Of a stretch of DNA of 32,000 nt, positions 1-7,850 are shown in pieces (the stretch's first letter is position 1; each line of letters begins with the position of its first letter). Below the pieces are notes generated by a model. It was not told where the DNA came from. It did no database searches and saw only the letters and a list, made by a program, of their open reading frames with translations. A program made the position numbers and the translations under genes. The DNA is from Xanthomonas campestris pv. campestris str. ATCC 33913 (GTDB lineage Bacteria > Pseudomonadota > Gammaproteobacteria > Xanthomonadales > Xanthomonadaceae): NCBI RefSeq assembly GCF_000007145.1, contig NC_003902.1, positions 90,001 to 122,000 on the forward strand, given 5' to 3'.

Positions 1-138
1 ACGTATTCTGATCGTTTGCGTGCTGGCCGCTCCAAGGTTTTCGAGCTGTAGTCGCACGCTCTGTGGCGGCTGTACGCCGAATAAGCGCACCAGTCTTGTC
101 TACGTTGATGCTTTGGCAACCGCGACCAAGCTGCCTTT

Positions 139-206
139 GTAGGAGCGCGCTTGTGCGCGATGGGGCGTTATCGGCAAAGCCTCATCGCGCGCAAGCGCGC
201 TCCTAC
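139..206. repeat. REP-like palindromic element, copy 1 (GTAGGAGCGCGC...GCGCGCTCCTAC family)
   Basis: Imperfect palindrome GTAGGAGCGCGCTTGTGCGCGATGGGGCG - loop - CCTCATCGCGCGCAAGCGCGCTCCTAC. The same motif recurs at 375, 7118, 7282, 7446, 19176 and 31368. It produces spurious ORFs with VGARLRAMRR/CRSALARD-type translations. Confidence 0.85.
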
Positions 207-374
207 GTTGCATTTGCTTGGCGCGTCACGTGCTGCGATCGCTTGCACGTCATCGCCGCTACAACATCTGTCCTGAGCCGTGCGTTCTGTTCCAACGTCG
301 AATGTGGCGGAGCTTGTCGCCCTGGCGTAATGATTTTGGGCCGCCCCTGCGGCACCCGCGACCAGGCCGCCTTT

Positions 375-442
375 GTAGGAGCGCGCTTGCGCGCGATGAG
401 GCGTTGTGGGTAACGCTTCATCGCGCGCAAGCGCGCTCCTAC
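375..442. repeat. REP-like palindromic element, copy 2
   Basis: Same palindrome as 139-206. The ~20 nt 5' flank (CGCGACCA(A/G)GC(T/C)GCCTTT) is also shared with copy 1. Confidence 0.85.
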
Positions 443-513
443 GAGGCGTCGATCGCGCGCGACGTTGACCGGCGTCTCTGCGTCTCCGCGTGCCGCGCTC
501 GCGCGCAAGCCAT

Positions 514-825
514 CTACAACGTGCCCTGCTTCCACAGCCGTACGATTTCCGCCGGGGCGTGTTCTTCGGGGATGCGCAGCGGTTCGCTGGCGCCATCCCA
601 GATGATGCTGAAGTAGCGGCGGTCGCCGCCGCCGGCTTGCGGGGCGGGGAGTGCATGCGCCAGGCACTGATCCAGCAGCGCGCCCAGGTGTTGGCGTTGC
701 ACCTCGTCCAGCTCTTCCAGCAGCAGCTGGCGCTCGCGGCGCATGGCCGGGAACGCGGCCACGCCACCTTCGCGTGCCAACCGCAACACGACACCCGGTT
801 GCAAGGGCGGCAGTTGCACGGTCAT
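514..825 (-). CDS. Small protein coupled to the M4 protease gene; putative protealysin-inhibitor (emfourin/M4in-like)
   Basis: 103-aa ORF whose ATG overlaps the protease stop (ATGA at 822-825). Size and position match the protealysin-emfourin bicistron known from Serratia. Sequence similarity could not be verified without a search. Confidence 0.6.
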   Translation of the reverse strand: MTVQLPPLQPGVVLRLAREGGVAAFPAMRRERQLLLEELDEVQRQHLGALLDQCLAHALPAPQAGGGDRRYFSIIWDGASEPLRIPEEHAPAEIVRLWKQGTL

Positions 826-1886
826 GCGAGCACGCCCACGTCGCGCCAGGCCTGTTCCACCGCACTGGCCTCGGCACTGCCCGCGCCGTAATCGGTGCTG
901 GCCACGCGCACGGTGAGTGCGGCGAAGGTGGCGAAGTCCGCACTGGCCGACAGCGCGCCACCGGTGAGGGCGCGGTACCAGATGCGCCCGGCCTTTTCCC
1001 AGGCGTAACCGCCGATGGCAACCGCGGCGCGCTGGAAGGCGCGGTTGGGAATACCGGAGTTGTAGTGCACGCCGCCGTCGTCTTCTTGCGTGTCCACGTA
1101 GGCGTCCATATGCGCCGGTTGCGGGTCCTTGCCCAATGCCGGGTCATCGTAGGCGGTGCCCGGCGCCTGCATCGAGCGTAGCGCCACGCCCTGCACGCCG
1201 GGCAGGAACATGCCGGCACCCACCAGCCAATCGGCCTGCGCGGCGTCCTGGCGCAGCGCGTATTGCTTGACGAGCACGCCGAACACGTCGGAGACCGATT
1301 CGTTCAAGGCACCGGACTGGCCCTGGTAGATCAGGTTGGCGGTGCGCTCGATGACACCGTGGGTGAGCTCGTGGGCCACCACGTCGATGGCGATGGTGAA
1401 GCGGGTGAAGATCTCGCCGTCGCCATCGCCGAACACCATCTGCTCGCCGGTCCAGAACGCGTTGTCGTAGTTGCGCTCGTAGTGCACGGTACCAAGCAGC
1501 GGCATGCCGGCATCGTCGATCGAGTTGCGCGCATACACCTGCTGGAAGAAGGCATGGGTGGCGCCGAGGTAATCGTAAGCCTCGGTCACGGCGACATCGT
1601 CGGTGGGCGGCGCACCTTCCTCGCGCACCAGCACGCCAGGCAGGGCGGTGCCTTGCCGGGCGTCGTAGAGATGCCGCCGCACCGCGGTGTCAGTGGTGGC
1701 GGTGGGCGCATCGTCGGCGCTGTCGCGCGCCAGCAACCCCTGCGCGCGGCGCTGGCGCAGCTGCGCGGTGATGTGGCGGGTGAGCTGCGCGCAGTGCCGT
1801 GCGCGCTCCGGTGCGGCCTGCGCCACGTGGTCCAGCAGATACGGCGGCAGGATGCCGGCGCGGCGGGGCGCAACAAACGCAGACAT
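822..1886 (-). CDS. M4 family (thermolysin/protealysin-like) zinc metallopeptidase
   Basis: HEXXH (VVAHELTHGV) plus the downstream GALNESVSDVFG third-ligand motif. No signal peptide. The N-terminal ILPPYLL resembles the PPL propeptide motif of protealysin-like proteases. ATG at 1886 is preceded by GGAGA (6-nt spacer); the track start at 1898 is a GTG 4 codons upstream. Confidence 0.9.
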   Translation of the reverse strand: MSAFVAPRRAGILPPYLLDHVAQAAPERARHCAQLTRHITAQLRQRRAQGLLARDSADDAPTATTDTAVRRHLYDARQGTALPGVLVREEGAPPTDDVAVTEAYDYLGATHAFFQQVYARNSIDDAGMPLLGTVHYERNYDNAFWTGEQMVFGDGDGEIFTRFTIAIDVVAHELTHGVIERTANLIYQGQSGALNESVSDVFGVLVKQYALRQDAAQADWLVGAGMFLPGVQGVALRSMQAPGTAYDDPALGKDPQPAHMDAYVDTQEDDGGVHYNSGIPNRAFQRAAVAIGGYAWEKAGRIWYRALTGGALSASADFATFAALTVRVASTDYGAGSAEASAVEQAWRDVGVLA

Positions 1887-1997
1887 AGCGATCTCCACAG
1901 TGGGGGCTGCGCCGGCGACTATGCGCGGTGCGACTTTAGGAAATCGTTAGCTGCCAGCGGCCCTTGCCATGGCAGCGCGCTGCGGACCGGCTGGCGT

Positions 1998-2654
1998 TCA
2001 TGCCAGCTGCGCGAGCGCCTGCGTGATGGGGGTGGGCCCATCCACGAATCCCACGGTCTTGCCGATGGTGGCCGGCGTGGCCAGGGTGGCGGCGATCACC
2101 TGCGCGACATTGGCGCGCGATACGCCCTCGGTGGTGTCGCTGCCCGGGTCGCGGGCGATGCAGCCGCTGGGTGGGTCCAGGGTGAGCCGGCCGGGCCCAA
2201 GCACGGTCCAGTCCAGCGTGGTGCCGCGCAGGTGCGCATCGGCAGCGGCCTTGGCCTGCGCATAAGCGAAGAAGCCATCCTCCGGGCTCACCCCGTGCTC
2301 CAGCCCCGCGCCCAGGTAGGACACCATCACGTAGCGCCGCACCCGCGCCTGCTCGGCCGCGTGCATCGAGCGGATCGCGGCATCGCGGTCCACCGCATAG
2401 GTGCGTGCGGCATCGCCACCGCCGGCACCGGCCGACCAAACAACTGCATCGTGGCCGGTGATGTGCGCGGCGATCGCCGCGGTGTCGGCATGTTCGATAT
2501 CGAATAGCGCGGGTGTGGCGCCATCGGCGATCACATCGCTTGCGTGGTCGGGATTACGGAATAGCGCGGTGACGTGGTGGCCACCGGCCAGCAGCAGCGG
2601 GGTGAGCAGACGCGCCACCTTGCCGTGGCCGCCGATCAACAGAATGCGAGACAT
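1998..2654 (-). CDS. NAD(P)H-binding oxidoreductase (atypical SDR / NmrA-like)
   Basis: N-terminal Rossmann motif ILLIGGHGKVARLL. 218 aa, typical of NAD(P)H-binding family proteins. Confidence 0.85.
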   Translation of the reverse strand: MSRILLIGGHGKVARLLTPLLLAGGHHVTALFRNPDHASDVIADGATPALFDIEHADTAAIAAHITGHDAVVWSAGAGGGDAARTYAVDRDAAIRSMHAAEQARVRRYVMVSYLGAGLEHGVSPEDGFFAYAQAKAAADAHLRGTTLDWTVLGPGRLTLDPPSGCIARDPGSDTTEGVSRANVAQVIAATLATPATIGKTVGFVDGPTPITQALAQLA

Positions 2655-2886
2655 GGAGTTCCAGCCAATGCGCCTGCTGCGAGGCGTGATGACCTAGCGT
2701 GACGGCTGCAGCGCTAAGGCGATGTCATTGGTTGCGTTCGCAATGCGTTGGCAACAAATGCATGCGATGCCCTGACGCCGCCGCCGCGGTGACGCAGGGC
2801 GGCCACGGCATTTCCGCAGTTTGCCCGCGGCCGCAGCGCTGCCGGACAATGCGCCCGCCACGCACCGTGGCGTACCGGGCCCACCG

Positions 2887-3321
2887 ATGACCGCACCGTC
2901 TGATTCCCACGCCCGCGTTGGTTGCGGCGCCTTTATCCGCCGCAGCGACGGCCGCCTGTTGCTGGTGCTGCGGGCACGCGCGCCCGAACAAGGCCACTGG
3001 GGATTGCCCGGCGGCAAGGTGGACTGGATGGAGACAGTGGAAGACGCGGTAGTGCGAGAAACCCTGGAAGAAACCGGTCTGCACATTCACCTGCAGCGCG
3101 TGCTGTGCGTGGTGAGCCAGTTCGAGCGGGCGCTGTCGCCGCCGCAGCACTGGGTGGCACCGGTGTACCTGGCCGCGATCGACGGCAGTGAAACCGCCGT
3201 GCTGCGCGAACCGGAAGCACTACATGACCTGGGCTGGTTCGCATTGGATGCGTTGCCCACGCCGCTGACCCGCTCGGCAACGCTGGCGGTACAGCAGCTG
3301 GTGCGTGAGGCGGCGGCTTGA
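2887..3321 (+). CDS. NUDIX hydrolase
   Basis: Nudix box GGKVDWMETVEDAVVRETLEETGL (GX5EX7REUXEEXGU). ATG 2887 is preferred; the ORF is open from 2821. Confidence 0.85.
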   Translation: MTAPSDSHARVGCGAFIRRSDGRLLLVLRARAPEQGHWGLPGGKVDWMETVEDAVVRETLEETGLHIHLQRVLCVVSQFERALSPPQHWVAPVYLAAIDGSETAVLREPEALHDLGWFALDALPTPLTRSATLAVQQLVREAAA

Positions 3322-3425
3322 GCGGGACATCCACATAGTGTGAGTGCTGCACGGGGTAGCGGTGCAACGGCGCGACACGCTTGCCACGTTGGATCCAGAG
3401 GTGTGTACACCGAAGCGGGCGCGGG

Positions 3426-3480
3426 GATACACCCCGGCATTGCGGCAGGTTGCCGCCAAGCGGTGGCCCCTGCTTGAAGA
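3426..3480 (+). repeat. Intergenic hairpin-containing direct repeat, copy 1
   Basis: GATACACCCCGGCATTGCGGCAGGTTGCCGCCAAGCGGTGGCCCCTGCTTGAAG aligns with 3570-3621. The internal stem CGGCA/TGCCG and outer CACC/GGTG are conserved, with a variable loop. Confidence 0.75.
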
Positions 3481-3569
3481 GACGGTGCGGCGGCGCGACC
3501 GGCGTCGTTAGCTCACGTGGCTCGACCGGCGCGCTCGATGCAGACGTGTGGCCTGATCAGGAACGCAGT

Positions 3570-3621
3570 GAGACACCTCCGGCATTTGGTACGCTGCCGC
3601 CAAGCGGTGTTGCTGTTTGAG
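3570..3621 (+). repeat. Intergenic hairpin-containing direct repeat, copy 2
   Basis: GAGACACCTCCGGCATTTGGTACGCTGCCGCCAAGCGGTGTTGCTGTTTGAGG, about 145 bp downstream of copy 1. Confidence 0.75.
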
Positions 3622-3627
3622 GCGCGC

Positions 3628-3647
3628 CAAGTAACGGCAAGTAACGG
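3628..3647 (+). repeat. Perfect tandem 10-mer (CAAGTAACGG x2)
   Basis: Read directly from the sequence. Confidence 0.9.
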
Positions 3648-3808
3648 TGCGCAACGCCTGCTTGCGTGTGTGGCCTGGAGGACGCTTCAGCGATTGCGCG
3701 TGTCGCATACAGCAAGCGCAACGGATGCAGCCCCGCCAGCACGGGCACAGAATCTTCTCGCAAGCCTCGCTAGGCTGAGTGCTGTTTCCGCTTTGCGAGC
3801 TGTTGTCC

Positions 3809-4849
3809 ATGCCGTCCTCCGATCTGCGTGCCTTCGTCGTCCGTGTGGTCATCGTGCTGGCCCTGGTGGCCTACGCGTGGTTGCTGTGGGCGCTGTCGGG
3901 CCTGCTGCTGATGGTATTCGGTGCGGTGGTGGTGGCGGTGCTGCTGCGCGCGCTGGCCAGTTGGGTCACCCGCTATACGCCGCTGTCGGATGGCATGGCA
4001 TTGGGGCTGGTGGTGGTCGTGGTGGCGGTGGGATTCACGGCGTTGCTGTGGTTGTTCGGCTCGCAACTGGCAACAGAGCTCGGCGCCCTGCAGCGCACCT
4101 TGCCGCAGGCCTGGGCGCGCTTCCATGATTGGGTTGCGGCCGGGCCGTTGGGGCCAGCGCTGGAAGAACTCACCCGCCAGGCACCGGCGCGCGTGTCCAA
4201 TCTGGCGCCGCGTGCCGGCGCCTTCGCGCTCAGCATCACCGGTGGGGTGGCGAACCTGTTCCTGGTGCTGGCCGGTGCGGTCTATCTGGCCGCGCAACCG
4301 CAGCTGTATCGGCGCGGTGTGCTGTTGCTGTTTCCCGTGCAGGTGCGCGCCACCATGGACGACGCCGTGCGTGCCAGCGGCACCGCGTTGCGGCTATGGC
4401 TGCGCGGGCAATTGCTGGCGATGGTGGTGGTGGGCGCACTCACCGGGCTGGGCCTGTGGGCCCTGGGCATTCCCGGCGCACTGGCCCTGGGCATCATCGC
4501 CGGCTTGCTGGATTTCGTGCCGATCGTCGGGCCGATCCTGGCCGCCATTCCGGCCATCCTGCTGGGCTTTACGGTGAGCCCGCAGATGGCGCTGGCCACG
4601 GCGGCGTTGTTCGTCGTCGTGCAGCAGATCGAAGGCAACATTCTGCTGCCGTTGATCCAGCAACGCACTGTGGATCTACCGCCGGTGTTGCTGCTGTTTT
4701 CGCTATTCGGCATCGGCACGTTGCTGGGGCCCGCAGGTGTCTTGCTCGCTGCACCGTTGACGGTGGTGGCGTTCGTGCTGGTCAAGCGCCTGTATGTGCA
4801 GGAAGCACTGCACACGCCCACCTCCATCCCCGGGCAGAAGCACCACTGA
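3809..4849 (+). CDS. AI-2E family transporter (PerM/UPF0118-like permease)
   Basis: Polytopic membrane protein with the characteristic C-terminal LDFVPIVGPILAAIPAILLGF ... VVQQIEGNILLPLIQ region. ATG 3809 is preferred; GTG 3779 is the alternative. Confidence 0.85.
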   Translation: MPSSDLRAFVVRVVIVLALVAYAWLLWALSGLLLMVFGAVVVAVLLRALASWVTRYTPLSDGMALGLVVVVVAVGFTALLWLFGSQLATELGALQRTLPQAWARFHDWVAAGPLGPALEELTRQAPARVSNLAPRAGAFALSITGGVANLFLVLAGAVYLAAQPQLYRRGVLLLFPVQVRATMDDAVRASGTALRLWLRGQLLAMVVVGALTGLGLWALGIPGALALGIIAGLLDFVPIVGPILAAIPAILLGFTVSPQMALATAALFVVVQQIEGNILLPLIQQRTVDLPPVLLLFSLFGIGTLLGPAGVLLAAPLTVVAFVLVKRLYVQEALHTPTSIPGQKHH

Positions 4850-5040
4850 GTAAGGCGTCTGCGTAAGCGGCAACGCTGCAATGCAAGCGTGTTGTCCAGG
4901 AATGGATGTGCCTGCTTGTGCGCTGCGCATCGCCTACGACGCGATCACTGCAGCGCCGTCTCCCATGGCAGCCGCGCACACGGCGCGCCGCAGCGCGCAG
5001 GCTATGCTCGTGTGTTGATCGAGGCCTGGGAGGGCATTGC

Positions 5041-6183
5041 ATGACACACCATCGATGGACACGACGCATGCTGCTGGGGTGCCTGGCGCTGCTAAGCGCG
5101 GCGAGCGCGAGTGCGGCTGCGCCTGCAGTTGCAGCCGCATCGAGGCCGGCGGCAACGCAGGGCGTTCGGCATGTACCCGCGTTCGATCTGCCGGTGTCTG
5201 AGTACCTGAGCCCTGCGGCACGTGCGCAGGTCAGTGGCGACGTGGACCGCGGCGACCCGCTGGCCAAGGCCGACAACGCCACGCTGCTGCGCCAGCTGCC
5301 CACCATCCGCGCCGATACCGAACGTTGGGCCGCAGGCGTCATCGCGCAGATGCGCACGCGCTACGCGGTGGAGATCACGCCCGAGCAGTGGAACGGTGTA
5401 CCGGTGCTGCGTGTACAGCCGCGCACGCGCACGCCCGAGCAGGCCAAGCGGCTGCTGATCGAATTGCATGGTGGCGGCTTTGTGATGGGCAGTGCGGCCT
5501 CGTTCGGGCTGATGGAAGCCATTCCGGTGGCGGCGATGACCGGCATCACCGTGGTGGCGGTGGACTACCGCATGGGCCCGGAGCACCAGTTCCCCGCGGC
5601 CAGCGAGGACGTGGCCGCGGTGTATCGCGCCGCTCTCAAGACCTACACCCCGGCGCAGGTGGGCCTGTTTGGCTGTTCGGCCGGTGGCGTGCTCACCGGC
5701 GAGGCGCTGGCGTGGTTTGCCAAGGAACAGTTGCCAATGCCGGCGGCGGCAGGCCTGTTCTGCGCTGCGGGCGACGCACGTTACCGCGGCGATTCGCAGC
5801 GCGTGGTCGCGGCGGTGAACGATGCCCTGCTACCTGATGTGGCAGGCACCCTGCCGATCATGGAAGACCTGTACTACGGGCCGGATGTGGATTTCCGCGA
5901 CCCGCTGGTATCGCCGGTGTTCTCCGATGCGGTGCTGCGCCAGTTCCCGCCCACCTTGCTGATCACCGCCACACGCGCAGCAGAGTTGAGCAATGCGTCC
6001 TATACGCACGCGCGGCTGGTGGATCTGGGGCGCGAGTCGGACCTGCATGTCTGGGACGGCTTGGGCCACGCCTTCCATCTCACCGACACGCTGCCCGAGA
6101 GCCAGCAGGCCTTGCGGGTGATGGCGCGCTTTTTCAGCAAGCATCTGGGCCTGCCGCCGCCGCCACTACCAGCGTCACGCTAA
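5041..6183 (+). CDS. Secreted alpha/beta hydrolase (HSL-type esterase/lipase)
   Basis: HGGGF oxyanion motif, GCSAGG nucleophile elbow, C-terminal DGLGHAF. N-terminal signal peptide MTHHRWTRRMLLGCLALLSAASASAAAP. GGGAGGG lies upstream of ATG 5041. Confidence 0.85.
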   Translation: MTHHRWTRRMLLGCLALLSAASASAAAPAVAAASRPAATQGVRHVPAFDLPVSEYLSPAARAQVSGDVDRGDPLAKADNATLLRQLPTIRADTERWAAGVIAQMRTRYAVEITPEQWNGVPVLRVQPRTRTPEQAKRLLIELHGGGFVMGSAASFGLMEAIPVAAMTGITVVAVDYRMGPEHQFPAASEDVAAVYRAALKTYTPAQVGLFGCSAGGVLTGEALAWFAKEQLPMPAAAGLFCAAGDARYRGDSQRVVAAVNDALLPDVAGTLPIMEDLYYGPDVDFRDPLVSPVFSDAVLRQFPPTLLITATRAAELSNASYTHARLVDLGRESDLHVWDGLGHAFHLTDTLPESQQALRVMARFFSKHLGLPPPPLPASR

Positions 6184-6288
6184 CGCGGCACACACACCGG
6201 CTACCCGCGGTGCTTACATCGGCTTGCTTAGGTTGAGGTCGACGGCGCTGTAATTGCATCGCTGACACTGAAACAGGAGAAACGACGG

Positions 6289-6687
6289 ATGAGTCTGCAA
6301 ATTCCCCAGGGTGCGTTGGTGGTGGTGGCCGATGGCGGCGAAGCGCGGTGGTTCACCAATACCGGCGACGAAGCCAAGGTGGTGCTGCGCCAGCATGCCC
6401 GCACCGATGTGCAGAACGTCGATGACGAAGGCCCGGCCGGCAAGATTCCGCCCCGCACCGCAGAGGCGGAACTGGACGAAATGACCTTCGCCAAGCAGCT
6501 GTCGCAGGCTTTGAACGACGGAGCGCTCAAGCACGAGTACAACCACTTGGTACTGGTGGCCGACCCGACCACACTGGGCCGGGTGCGCCCGCTGCTGCAC
6601 AAGGAAACCCAGCAGCGCCTAGTGGGCGATTTGGCGAAGGACTTCACCAACCTGCCGCTGGAAGATATCCAGCGCGCGCTGTCGTAA
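6289..6687 (+). CDS. Host attachment protein family (eRF1-like small protein)
   Basis: 132 aa. VVVADGGEARWF at the N-terminus and HLVLVADPTTLGRVR in the centre are typical of proteins annotated as host attachment protein. Strong SD AGGAGA lies upstream. Confidence 0.8.
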   Translation: MSLQIPQGALVVVADGGEARWFTNTGDEAKVVLRQHARTDVQNVDDEGPAGKIPPRTAEAELDEMTFAKQLSQALNDGALKHEYNHLVLVADPTTLGRVRPLLHKETQQRLVGDLAKDFTNLPLEDIQRALS

Positions 6688-6702
6688 GGAGCGCACGCAG
6701 CC

Positions 6703-7035
6703 ATGGCGTTCGTGCGGGAGTACGCGGCGCAGGCGCCGGACCGTAGTGCGGTCGATGCGCAACCGGGGCTGCAGGTGCTGGAGTTCGGCACCGACTGGTG
6801 CGGCCACTGCATGGCCGCGCAACCGCTGTTGCAGAAGCTGCTGGGCGGTTATGCGAACATCGAGTACCGCAAGATCGAAGATGGAAAAGGGCGGCCCTTG
6901 GGCCGCTCGTTTCGCGTGAAGCTGTGGCCCACCATCATCCTGCTGCGCGATGGCGAAGAAGTCGCCCGCGCCGTCAGGCCGCAGACGCGTGAGGATTTGC
7001 AGGCCGTGTTATCGGCGTTGGAGGCGGTGGGGTGA
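6703..7035 (+). CDS. Thioredoxin family protein
   Basis: WCGHC active site in a 110-aa thioredoxin-sized ORF, 15 nt after the preceding gene. Confidence 0.85.
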   Translation: MAFVREYAAQAPDRSAVDAQPGLQVLEFGTDWCGHCMAAQPLLQKLLGGYANIEYRKIEDGKGRPLGRSFRVKLWPTIILLRDGEEVARAVRPQTREDLQAVLSALEAVG

Positions 7036-7117
7036 AGCCGCTGGTGTGTTTCGGGCGGTCAGCTGTTCTGCTGGTATGAAGCACCGCTGCAGCACCCTGG
7101 CACATCAGGCAAACCAT

Positions 7118-7513
7118 GTAGGAGCGCGCTTGCGCGCGATGAGGCGTTACCGGGAAGGCTTCATCGCGCGCGAGCGCGCTCCTACCAAAAGCAGGTTGTG
7201 CAGAAGTCGTTGCGCCTCCAGAGCGAGGGTGTTTGCAGCATCAATAACGCAAGCGCGCACCATGCAGAGATCGATAGCTCCGTAGGAGCGCGCTTGCGCG
7301 CGATGAGGCGTTACCGGAAAGGCTTCATCGCGCGCGAGCGCGCTCCTACTAAAAGCAGGTTGTGCAGAAGTCGTTACGCCTACAGAGTGAGGGTGTTTGC
7401 GGCATCAATAACGCAAGCCCGCACCATGCAGAAATCGATAGCTCCGTAGGAGCGCGCTTGCGCGCGATGGGGCTCTACCGGTAACGCCTCATCGCGCGCA
7501 AGCACGCCCCTAC
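7118..7513. repeat. Tandem array: two 164-bp units (7118-7281, 7282-7445) each starting with a REP palindrome, plus a third REP (7446-7513)
   Basis: Units 1 and 2 align end to end with about ten mismatches by eye. The third REP is more diverged and its 3' flank is only partly similar. Confidence 0.9.
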
Positions 7514-7850
7514 GACAAGCGGGTGCGGATGACTCATGCCTGCAAAACCACGCACTTGCTGAAGACACATTCAGGAAAACCCCTGAAATCAGGTCATCTC
7601 CCGCAGCGTCCCACGCTCGCGCCTGCAACGCTGTGCACGCTGGTGTAACATGTCGAGCTGATCAAGCCCTTGGGCACTGCCCACCCCTTGGTCGTCTGTC
7701 CCGCAGCGTCGCTGAGTTTACGCGGCCGTCCGGGAATGCCTCCGGCGTCGTCCACTGCATGTGCCTTAGCCGTGCAGCGCGTGATGTGCCGTGCCTAGCG
7801 TAGTGCCAGGGCGAGCAGGCAGCGATGGCCGCACCAGGAGACTTCCGCAT

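Noticed and set aside
63-794. ORFs 63-413(+), 168-794(-), 218-616(+), 6950-7285(+), 7198-7449(+) and 7380-7628(-), with VGARLRAMRR / CRSALARDEAL-type peptides.
   Set aside because: They are translations of REP palindromes in both orientations. The repeated peptide motif is the hairpin read in frame.
7118-7513. A possible CRISPR array (regularly spaced palindromic repeats).
   Set aside because: The sequences between the palindromes are themselves near-identical, so this is a tandem duplication rather than unique spacers. The repeat is the genome-wide REP motif and there are no cas genes.
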